64,000 nt of DNA from Saccostrea echinata. Taxonomy: Eukaryota. How positions within the stretch are numbered: position 1 is the first letter of the stretch; each line of letters starts with the position of its first letter. The stretch covers positions 8,494,001 to 8,558,000 of the forward strand of contig NW_026889796.1 in NCBI RefSeq assembly GCF_033153115.1, written 5' to 3'. The notes beneath the pieces are model-generated. The model ran no database searches. It was not told the origin of the DNA and was given only the letters and a program-made list of their open reading frames with translations. Position numbers and translations under genes: made by a program. Positions 39,801 through 51,800 of this stretch are shown piece by piece.

Positions 39801-42800
39801 AAACTGACAATGAATGTGTTTTGTATTTCCAGCTTTACAGAGATGTTACACGTGCTCACACGGAAAGAAAAATAGTGACTGTACAAAGATAGAAACTTGC
39901 AAGAAGGATGAGGAGGTAAAACTAGCAAATACTTTGAAAGTGGAGAGATGTCCATAGATTGGATATATTCATGTTCTTCGAAGTTTTCCTTTTAAACTCA
40001 AAACTGAGAAAATTAAGTGCATGCAAGAGAATGAAAGAAGTTGGTTGATAAGCAGATGTTTTTAATAAGTTTTGGAATGTTTGAATTTGTAGACTTGTGA
40101 AACAAAGATACGCAGAGATAAAGATGAAATTCGCAAGAAATGTGAAAAGACCAAGGATTGCAAGCCTAAATGTGATGCGAAAGACAAGGAATGCACCATG
40201 TGTTGCACCGGGGATCTGTGTAACAAAGATCATGGTAGGAAGAAAATTAACGTAAAATAACAAAAGAAATTTAAATATAATTCGTGTTTACGGAAGAAAT
40301 TGTGAAAAGTCTTGGAAGAATTATGTGTTATAAGAAGTGTGATTTTGTTAATTAGGATATGCTGAGTTCAAAGCTTGGGGACAATGGTCGTCATGTAGCA
40401 AACAATGTGGAGGAGGCAAGCGCAGCAGAAGCAGACAGTGTTCTTCTACAGGCAATCTTCCATGTTCTGGTGATACCAAAGAGGAGCAAGATTGCAACAA
40501 GCACTCATGTCCTCCGAAAGGTAGTGTTGAAAATGTGTTAATTCGTTTTTTCTTATTTTTGAAAGCAGAGGTCTTTGTCTCATTAGAATTAACTTTCGAG
40601 TTCTGAAAGAATTAAGGGTAAGACTTTAATTTTTATGCGTACATAAGTTCGCTATATCATTATCACCTTTCCACGAGATAAATTGAAATGCTTGTCTTTT
40701 TGGCGAGTAAACAATTTTGGAGGAAACGCATACTTGAAAACAATCTGATTGATTTTACAATGAAACTCGTTTTATACGAATATAAAATAGGTGATTTAGA
40801 TATGCAGCTATAGGCAGCTATGTTCTATGGGGTTCCCCAATAAAATTCCAAGTTTGAAAGGTATTGAGAGGAAAAAGAATGAACTGATATTTTCTAATGC
40901 AATAGACAGGACTTAAACATCCTTAATGTCTTATATTTTCAGGTGTACAGAGATGTTACACGTGCTCACATGGAAAGAAAAATAGTGACTGTACAAAGAT
41001 AGAAACTTGCAAGAAGGATGAGGAGGTAAAACTAGCAAATACTTTGAAAGTGGAAAGATGTGCGTAGGGTTGGGCAGATCCATGCTGTTACCAAAGATTC
41101 GTTTCAAAAACCATTTGCTAAACCGTTTTTTGCTTGAATTGATGTACGTTTTAATACATGTTCGTTCTTAGCAATTAAATATTAAGAATCTACGAGGTCT
41201 CCTTCCTTTTGTTATCCATCCAACTGGGAGAAAAATTCAGTCCAGTTAAAAGAATAAAAGAAGTTGGTTGATGAGCAGATGTTTGAAATGAGCTTAAGCT
41301 TTTGAATGTTTGATCTTGCAGACTTGTGAAACAAAGATACGCAGAGATAAAGGCGAAATTCGCAAGAAATGCGAAAAGACCAAGGATTGCAAGCCTAAAT
41401 GTGATGCAAAAGACAAGGAATGCACCATGTGTTGCACCGGGGATCTGTGTAACAAAGACCACGGTAGATAAATTTTTTTTTTACAAAATAATTCAGAAAG
41501 GATTAAAAGGTGTTCACGTCAGAAATTGAGAACGATTTTAAAGATTTGTATAGTAAGAAGAAGTGTATTGTAGGATATGCAGAGTTCAAGGCTTGGGGAC
41601 AATGGTCGTCATGTAGCAAACAATGTGGAGGAGGCAAGCGCAGCAGAAGCCGACAATGTTCCTCTACAGGCAATCTTCCATGTTCTGGTGATACAAAAGA
41701 GGAGCAAGATTGCAACAAGCATTCATGTCAAACAAATGGTAGTGTTCAAAGAACTGTCTTTTCTGTTTCATCTTGTAATCTGAAGAACTTTGGCTAAAAA
41801 ATTGTATTTGACCGGATATATTTGCTACTTTTATATCATAACGAAAAGGGTGCTGATTGGGAATGACACTGCTTATCTCCCATATTTCTGATATGACCAG
41901 TTAATAAATATTTGAAATATAATTGTCTGGAGCAACAATGTGATAGACCAACTAAAAGTTTTGCTTTTACATATTCACTTCATTGTCATCTTTGCTGCTT
42001 TAAAATGGGAAAAAAAGTTGGCTGATTAGATGAAAACGGAGATATCCTTGGGATGGGGAAATGTTTTTTAAGGTCATTCAACATTGTTACATTGTTATAT
42101 GATCTATTTCCAACACTTCTAAGATAGAATTATTTCCCATAAGAATTGTGCCGTTTTGTGGAGTTTTTTTTTTTTGTTTGATTCATGATAACATCAAAAA
42201 ATTTTGAATTTATTTTAATATAGTACATAGCTTCTACTTAAAACTAGGTACTACTACTTCATGTATTTTTGAAACCCTTAAAAGAAGTGTAAGTCGTAAT
42301 TGATGTTGTATTTAATGCGTCTTTTTAAGGTAAGTCTGTAGATCAAACTTGTTACTACCATGTTGATTCTGAAACCTTTCAATGTAGTTTGCGTGAGCGA
42401 TTGTAAAGGAAAGAAGAATGGAGACTACCAATCCTGTAGCACGTGTAATGGTTTCATCAAATGCTCCAACTCCAAATTGCATAATTTCAAATGCCCAGGA
42501 TCAACTGTCTGGGATGACAAATCTAAAAGATGTGAATGGACATCAACTACCTGTAATTCTAAACCAGGTAGGAATGAAAATATCATCTGATTGTTACATC
42601 AGTGGTTTTAGTGTAGGCCAGCCACTTTGAATATTTCTTTTAGGTGGGTTGCGATAAGTAGATGAAAGAATTTGGTTTCTAGGTTTATTATTTTTACAGG
42701 CAAATAAAATAAGAACTTCAAAACAGATTTTGAAAAAATATGTACTCTTCGTGCATTTTCCTTCTGGTTTTGTGCAAGCTGACATGAAAGAATATAAAGT

Positions 42801-45800
42801 GATATCTTTTACTGAAATAGAATAAACTGACAATGAATGTGTTTTGTATTTCCAGCTTTACAGAGATGTTACACGTGCTCACACGGAAAGAAAAATAGTG
42901 ACTGTACAAAGATAGAAACTTGCAAGAAGGATGAGGAGGTAAAACTAGCAAATACTTTGAAAGTGGAGAGATGTCCATAGATTGGATATATTCATGTTCT
43001 TCGAAGTTTTCCTTTTAAACTCAAAACTGAGAAAATTAAGTGCATGCAAGAGAATGAAAGAAGTTGGTTGATAAGCAGATGTTTTTAATAAGTTTTGGAA
43101 TGTTTGAATTTGTAGACTTGTGAAACAAAGATACGCAGAGATAAAGATGAAATTCGCAAGAAATGTGAAAAGACCAAGGATTGCAAGCCTAAATGTGATG
43201 CGAAAGACAAGGAATGCACCATGTGTTGCACCGGGGATCTGTGTAACAAAGATCATGGTAGGAAGAAAATTAACGTAAAATAACAAAAGAAATTTAAATA
43301 TAATTCGTGTTTACGGAAGAAATTGTGAAAAGTCTTGGAAGAATTATGTGTTATAAGAAGTGTGATTTTGTTAATTAGGATATGCTGAGTTCAAAGCTTG
43401 GGGACAATGGTCGTCATGTAGCAAACAATGTGGAGGAGGCAAGCGCAGCAGAAGCAGACAGTGTTCTTCTACAGGCAATCTTCCATGTTCTAGTGATACC
43501 AAAGAGGAGCAAGATTGCAACAAGCACTCATGTCCTCCGAAAGGTAGTGTTGAAAATGTGTTAATTCGTTTTTTCTTATTTTTGAAAGCAGAGGTCTTTG
43601 TCTCATTAGAATTAACTTTCGAGTTCTGAAAGAATTAAGGGTAAGACTTTAATTTTTATGCGTACATAAGTTCGCTATATCATTATCACCTTTCCACGAG
43701 ATAAATTGAAATGCTTGTCTTTTTGGCGAGTAAACAATTTTGGAGGAAACGCATACTTGAAAACAATCTGATTGATTTTACAATGAAACTCGTTTTATAC
43801 GAATATAAAATAGGTTATTTAGATATGCAGCTATAGGCAGCTATGTTCTATGGGGTTCCCCAATAAAATTCCAAGTTTGAAAGGTATTGAGAGGAAAAAG
43901 AATGAACTGATATTTTCTAATGCAATAGACAGGACTTAAACATCCTTAATGTCTTATATTTTCAGGTGTACAGAGATGTTACACGTGCTCACATGGAAAG
44001 AAAAATAGTGACTGTACAAAGATAGAAACTTGCAAGAAGGATGAGGAGGTAAAACTAGCAAATACTTTGAAAGTGGAAAGATGTGCGTAGGGTTGGGCAG
44101 ATCCATGCTGTTACCAAAGATTCGTTTCAAAAACCATTTGCTAAACCGTTTTTTGCTTGAATTGATGTACGTTTTAATACATGTTCGTTCTTAGCAATTA
44201 AATATTAAGAATCTTCGAGGTCTCCTTCCTTTTGTTATCCATCCAACTGGGAGAAAAATTCAGTCCAGTTAAAAGAATAAAAGAAGTTGGTTGATGAGCA
44301 GATGTTTGAAATGAGCTTTTGAATATTTGATCTTGCAGACTTGTGAAACAAAGATACGCAGAGATAAAGGCGAAATTCGCAAGAAATGCGAAAAGACCAA
44401 GGATTGCAAGCCTAAATGTGATGCAAAAGACAAGGAATGCACCATGTGTTGCACCGGGGATCTGTGTAACAAAGACCACGGTAAATAAACAAAGATTTTA
44501 AAGGCGTTTATTGCTGAAATTGAGAAAGGTTTTTAAAATGTGTATTTGTGTTTCGTAGGATATGCACAGTTCAAAGCTTGGGGACAATGGTCGTCATGTA
44601 GCAAACAATGTGGAGGAGGCAAGCGCAGCAGAAGCAGACAATGTTCCTCTACAGGCAATCTTCCATGTTCTGGCGATACCAAAGAGGAGCAAGATTGCAA
44701 TAAACAACCTTGCGTATCAACACGTACGTTGAAATGAAAATATTTAATTTTTTTTAGAAGTAATATTTATTAATTGATGACAAAGACGATATATATAATT
44801 GGTTTAATTCTTATTTGTAGCAATGAAATGCTTTTCCTGCAGTTTCTCAAGTTCGAACAAGGAATGTAACAAACAAAGAGGAGCTGAGACGTGCAAGAAA
44901 GGTCAAAATGTAAGATATAAGAATGTATGAAAGATAGATTTCGTTGGTTAAATGTATGGCGTCTTATATGTTGATGAAAGAAAAAAAAAAGACTCCCAAT
45001 GGTTTGTTTTTCTTTACTTCTTTTGGTGATGTTGAAGTATTAATTGACCAGTATCTTTTTTTTTAATAAAGATTTGTGGAACAAGGTTAGACAGACGGAC
45101 AAAGAAAGTTATGAAGACATGTGCATCTATGTGTAAACCAAAATGTGACTCAAGGACGTGTACTTTCTGTTGCAATACACCTAATTGTAACGAGGGTATG
45201 CTATTATAATTCTGTTTTATCACATTCTGCTTCACAAATTTATTTTATATAAATGAAATGATATTTTTTTGTTATATCAAACGTTTTTGAATAGTTCTTA
45301 ATTGGGTTTTTGTCACCAAATGTATTTTTAATTCTATTATATACAAGCAGTCCTTTTATAAGGCTGATCCATGGATTTATCAACTTCATTGAATGTATAT
45401 TGATCGAAGTTGAAGTGAGGTCGTACCATAGATTTATCAACTTCATCTTAAAGCATATCCGCATGTAGTGAGCACGAATTGCGAAGATGATTTACTTTTC
45501 TGTGAAAATGAAATATCTAATGGATTGACCGAATTAAGAACACAAATTTTTAATATCATTTTCTTTTGGACAAAAAGATGCAAGGTCACCATAGTAGAGT
45601 ATTTTTGATCGTCTATTTCTACAATGATCTTATCGTAGTTAAAAAAATCTTTGATTTTTTTCCGATTTTGTTTTAGTAAGTCATGTAAATATTGCTAAAA
45701 TAGGATTTAGGTATCATATTAAATTTTACTGAATACCCAGTGATATTAAAATAAAATGATCGTTGTTAAATAACATTTACGGTATACTTACATTGTAGAA

Positions 45801-48800
45801 TATGGAACATATAGTCCATGGTCAAACTGGGAAATTGATACAATAAATAATGTTGATCGACTGAAACGAAAGCGAAGCTGTACTTCTGGCGAATGCTCGG
45901 GAAATCTTGTTGAAACTAAAGCATGTACGCCAACCCTTTGTAAAAGTAAGTAAATTTTTTTATGTTATAACGAACTTTTTTAATATCCCAATACTAAGAG
46001 ATTTCTTGTTCTGTATATAAGTGAGATTTTTTTAAAAATATAAGCTTAGGTGAGTTAACACGACACGCACGTGCAGTTCACACCTGCGGGTTTGTTAAGG
46101 ACAGCAAAGTTATTGTACATAGACTATTCTTTGATGCATGGTATTTATCGCACATGGCGATAAGTGCAATTACCTATGGTATGATTTTCAAAGCTGACGC
46201 CTTACTTGATTTTTATTGTATTTTAAATCAATTTGATCTTCTGAACACATGATCAACAAATGATAAAAATGAAATGAACTTGTACTGTTGTATGTAAATA
46301 AAAGAACAGAAAACGAAACCCTTATAACAAACATTTTTTGCAGAAAGAAATATTTGTGAATACATTTTTTAAAACCAATAGTATAGAGTATCTGCAAGAT
46401 GTTCTTGAAAAGGAAAACTTGTAAGATTTTATTATATTTTTAAAAAAATATATCAAACATTAAGTGCTAAAGAAAAATAATTTTGTGAAATAAAAATTGC
46501 TTCATAAATTACAGGATCTGAATGTTTTACGTGTAGTAATGCAAAATCTAATGAGGAGTGCAATAAAAACGGAGGAGTGAGGAAATGTCGTTCTGGGCAA
46601 AATGTAAGTAAAATATAAAAAGTGGGCACAAAATATATGTACAATGAGGACGAAATGTAAGTTAAGTTAGGGCGAAATATATGCACACTAAGAAAAAAAA
46701 ATGAATTTTCGTTAAGAACGAAATTAATGTTCGGTAAGAACGAAATGTAAGTACACTGAGGGGCGAGATGTATGTACAGTAAGATTAAAATGTACGTACA
46801 ATGAGGAATAAATGTGTGTACATTAAGGATAAAATGTATTTATATATAATGAAGACCAAATGAATGAACAGTGAGGAGGAGGAAATATAAGTACAGTTAA
46901 CCAAAATATGTCTAATATAGCTGAAAATACAAGAATCTAGGTTCAAATTTTTATTACAATATGGAAAAATGTAAATTTCTTTTAGTAATGAATTTAATTG
47001 GGGCAGTTTTCCCTTTGCGGTTTATAAAAAAAGTAAACTGTTCCAACCCAGTTTATACCGTATAAATTCGGTAGGTATTAAATTCATTCCTTATAATTTA
47101 ATTTTCATTCATTTAGTGTAAGACAAAACGATGATTGCGCTTTAAAAAAAAAAGACTTTAAATTTTACAAAATTTGAACGTAACGTCAGGTGGATCGATA
47201 CCTAGTCATTGTGACGTAGTAAATTCTTAATCCAATCAAATACCGCGTTATGATCAGAATTGAAATATAAACCAAAATAAAAGATAAACATATTTACTGA
47301 TATTATTTTTATTCTCTAAACATATAATTTTTTAATTAGATAGCAAGAATAAAAATTCATATTCTCCTATTCATATAATTTATGAGGCAAATCTCATCCA
47401 TAAATTTCATTTCGTAAATGAAGCATTTTGTGTTTAGTTATTTCTAATTGTTTTCGACGTTTAACTTATAAAAGAAATAAAACTGTATAAGAATATCGCA
47501 AGATACATATATTTTTGAAACTCAACGAAAGACAGACTTTACAAAAGAATTAGCGACATAGTTTCTCTCTGTTATGGGCCCGAAAAGTTGCTTTAATTAA
47601 AAACAAGTAATAGCTTTTCAAAAAGCTTGCCCGACTAATCAATCGTTATCTATGGAACGTATAAGCAAGAGAGGTGCTAAACGTTTCATCAAGGAGCGAC
47701 ATAGTTGCGATACTTCATTACACAATCTTGATGTACAATTGCATCGCCGTAGGAACCGGGGGAGGGGGCACGGGAGAGCCGTGCCCCCCCCCCCCCAAAT
47801 AATTTTGCCGATATATAGAATACAATAGAAAACATAGCTGCTATATGCTTGTGCCCCCACAATAATAATAATGTCTGATGACTTTTTTTTGCTTGTCAAG
47901 GAATTTTGGTAGTTCATAGTGCCCCCCCCCCCAACTGAAAATGTATTGTTGTGCCCCCTCAAAGTGAAATTCCCACTGGCCTGAATTGACTTTCTCAGAT
48001 GTCTTAAACAAATACTACAGATTAATAAATATCTAAGACATGCCACTATTTGGTCATTTACTAGTTAGCCCACGAGCTGACTAGTTCCGTTGGGATGAAA
48101 CTGCAAGTGCCCTAGCGTAGATTATAATTCTGGGGAAAATAGTTAGATGATTTGTTTTAAAGAAATTTATATTACATGTACTCTCTTACCAGAGGACGCC
48201 CTTCGTCATGCACACTCTCGTCAGTGATAGATTGATGAGACTGCCTCTATTTATAGACTGGTCTCTTTTCCGTCGTTCTCGACGACGAAGTAAATTATGA
48301 ACACTTTTAACTGGGAAAGTTGTCTTGAAGTGTTTGAGACAAAAATGCTTCAATGCTGCTCTAGAACTCAAAGTAAATGGCCTGTACAGTTTATAGCTAG
48401 AGCAAAACAAGATACTAATAACACCCCTCCCCCCTCTCCGGACAAAACTCACGCAATGATGGTCTTACCATATACATGTACATGTATTATAAATGAGTTT
48501 AAAATACATCCTTTTGTACAGTTTTAAAATTGTTCAGTTTTTCTTTTAAATCGATTTCAGGACCTTTCTCATAATTATAATAACGTGCTTTTTTATGAAA
48601 TGAAAACCAGTATAGATTATATGATGTCTTCTTCATTTTGCCGATTCTTTACTTAGAACCTTATGGGAGTGAAGCCCATTCCTCTACGGGTACTGACCTA
48701 CACTGTTGTCACTGTAATATGCTACTGGCAGACTTTCTAAGCTTTTTTAAAAGCCTAACCTTGTAACGTACTTAATTAATAAATGTAATATTGAAAGAAA

Positions 48801-51800
48801 AGATGGAAAACAGTCTGAATCAAGAAGGGATGTCCCATTTACTAGGTCGAGGGAGTTTGCTTATGATTGGACTAGTTCACTTATGGGATAAATAGTAAGA
48901 ATAATCATCAAATCCATTGCTTTAGTGTTACCTGCCCATATACAATGTGTTCTTTTAAAAAATGAGATAAAATTTACTGTTAATAAAAAATCCGAAGCTT
49001 AAGAATCAGGTTAAAAGAATAAACTTTATTTATTTCCATAGAAGTTATCACACCCATTCAATAGAACAATCCAAGAAAAAGGCGCGAAGATAATTTACAT
49101 GTGACATTTGGCGCAAAATGATTGTGACACCCCTTTCGTAGAAGGCAAATGGACTGATCCAGTAGTTTAGAAACGCAGAAAAAATGTTACACGCCGGGCA
49201 TGTCTATACAAAGAATGCATTGCAAAGAATAAGCATGTGCATGCAAAAAACTGAAGGAATTAAACACATCATTTAATTTGCATCAGTAATATGATTCTCT
49301 CTTCTGTAAACTGTTTTTCTTTAAATGCAGGTAACAAATTCCGTTGTAAATCAGCTTGCACAAAATCTAGTTCATTAAGAATGATTGCTTAGTTTCGGAT
49401 CTTGAAAAAGTTAATCCTAATACTGCCTGACGCACGTGGCGTCAGGCAAAAAAACTACATGTACTGTACGAGATACATAGAAATACACATATAGATTCTT
49501 TCAATCTCTTTCAATCTCTAAAGAACTATTGACGGGGACATACCAAACAAGAGTATTCTTCGAGAGCTTTTATTTGTTTGAAAATATAACATACTGCAAC
49601 CTGTTTGTTTATGTCGATTGTTATCTTCTGACAAGCAAAAAGTTCTTGATTCTATTTTTTTCCTCCATGGCACCTGATCCCACCTCTGATGTTTTGGAGG
49701 CCCGTGTTTGCTCTGCTCCTATTTGTATTGTTTAATGAACTTTTGAGCTTGAATACTGTTCGTTATTTCCATATATTTCATTTGATTAAAATTAGTATAT
49801 ACTTTTATGTCAAATATATCCGTGTTAAGGAACGTGAAAAAAAAAGTTCAACTTTGTCAGAATTCGGTTATTCGTACATGATATTTGATATGTTTTGAAT
49901 TTTTCATGTGTAACAGACATGCTTCACGAGAATAGACAAAAGGACGAAAAAGATAATAAAGGCTTGTACAAATGTATGTAAACCAGTCTGTGACGGGCGA
50001 GCTTGTACATACTGCTGTAATACCCCCGGCTGTAACAATGGTAGGTGTCTTATTAGAAAAATTTTAATTATACTACATTTACTACCAATTGATTTACTCT
50101 ACTCAAGTTTCGTATCGCTTACGAAATCTATGAATTTAATCACAGTTCGTCATCTTCTGGTGTGTTCTACTCTATTCAAGGTTTTTGTCCGACTTAAAAT
50201 TTCCATTTCTCTATATGTTGTTTAAATGTTACCGATCACTGATGAAATGTCTTTTAATAAATACTTGTAATCATAAATAAATTTGAACTACACTATCATA
50301 TAAATACTTAATACAGAATATGGGTCTTATGGACAATGGTCGCCATGGAAACAGGAAACCATTAAGAACATTGACGTGTTGGTCCGGAGGCGGAAATGCT
50401 CAAGCGAGATGTGCTCTGGGAAGAGTGAAGAAACTAAACCCTGTTCACCCGCACTATGTACAAGTAAGTGTGACATTCATTTTATCTGTGTGTAAGGAAT
50501 TAAAGAAAAAGTTATCTTTACATGTTACAGTTACAAGAAGGTTATAAAAATAAAAAAAAACAAAAACAAATTGACACCTGTATGTTATTAGATCGGAACT
50601 TTCTGTCCTTTAAATGAGTTAGTTTGTAATTAATTTGTTTAATCTTTAAAAATGTTTCATCTTTTAACAAACTACACTTATGCATGTAGTATTTCATTGA
50701 TATCATTAAGTAAGAATTTAATAATGAAATAAATAAAATAAATTTTATAGTATGTATAAAAACCCAAATACTTGAATTAATCCAAACAGCTCATATTTAT
50801 TTCTATTCTTATTTAGCCTCAGCCCATCGATGTCATGTGTGCAGCAAAGCAAAAAGTAACAAAGAGTGTTTAAAAGTTGAAACATGCAAAAAGGATGAAG
50901 AGGTAGGGAAACTTTTTTTTTTAAGAGTTTTAAAAAAATCAGCGAGGAAGGTTCTGTGTGTAATGTTGGAACTAAAGTTATATATCGCAAGTACTAAAGA
51001 AACCAAAGATGAAGATTTTAGTTATTTATCAATGGTTACGGAGTATATCTACAATTAAAATTGTAAAAAAAATTGTCTCATATAATTCTGGTTTTACCCC
51101 CTGGAATATTGAATTTTCAAAATTGTGAAGGAACGAAATTCAAGTATTTAATTAATGAATTCTTTGCTAAAATGTTGCAGTCATGTGAAACCAAAGTATA
51201 TCGGAACAGAAATGAAATATCAAAGAAATGCAAGAAAACAAGAGATTGTAAATCGAAATGTGACCCCAAAGACGATTCTTGTGTAACCTGTTGTACAGGA
51301 TCACTGTGCAACAAAGACAGTGGTATGTTAAGGCTGAATATTGAAGAGACGTCACAACACGTGCACGTAACTATTCCATCACAGAATTTCATTATCACCT
51401 GTTAAATATAAGAAAAGTAAAGTTTATGAATATTTATGTGTCGATAACCAACACAGGCGCACATTAAATTCGCACCGGGCTAATTTCAATCATCAAAAGC
51501 ACTAAATATCCTTTCGTGATAGAAATTTAATATTTTGAACCCCGGGGGGAGGGGGGCTAGGGGGGCTTAGCCCCCCCCCCCCCCCACTTTTTTTGCAAAG
51601 ATAGGCATAATATAAGCATTGAAAATTGGTGCTTACCTTTTTTGTTGGTTTAGCCCCCCCCCCCCCCACACTTTCTTCCGACGCCTATGCAAATGAAGGA
51701 GCACATCCTCTTTCTAAAGTATGGGGGATAATCTAGAAATAGTGAAAAACCATTTTTTCAGTTTTTTTAATAGGGCAAGGATGGAGCCACAATAGGGGAT

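Noticed and set aside
24702-44479. Repeated hydrophobic minus-strand ORFs (MLFYVNFLPT..., MVFVTQIPGA...) and off-frame + ORFs (MLSSKLGDNG..., METTNPVARV...)
   Set aside because: These are antisense or alternate-frame readings of Lys-rich LU, TSR and CBM14 exons; they recur only because the DNA is tandemly duplicated.
24613-44483. Array read as a cluster of separate small three-finger-toxin-like genes, or as a CRISPR-like array
   Set aside because: Units have no own signal peptide, start or stop, and all exons splice in frame into one ORF. There is no repeat-spacer structure and the DNA is eukaryotic.
47639-48046. 135-aa minus-strand ORF with a hydrophobic N-terminus
   Set aside because: It runs through a MITE and homopolymer tracts, with no protein motif.
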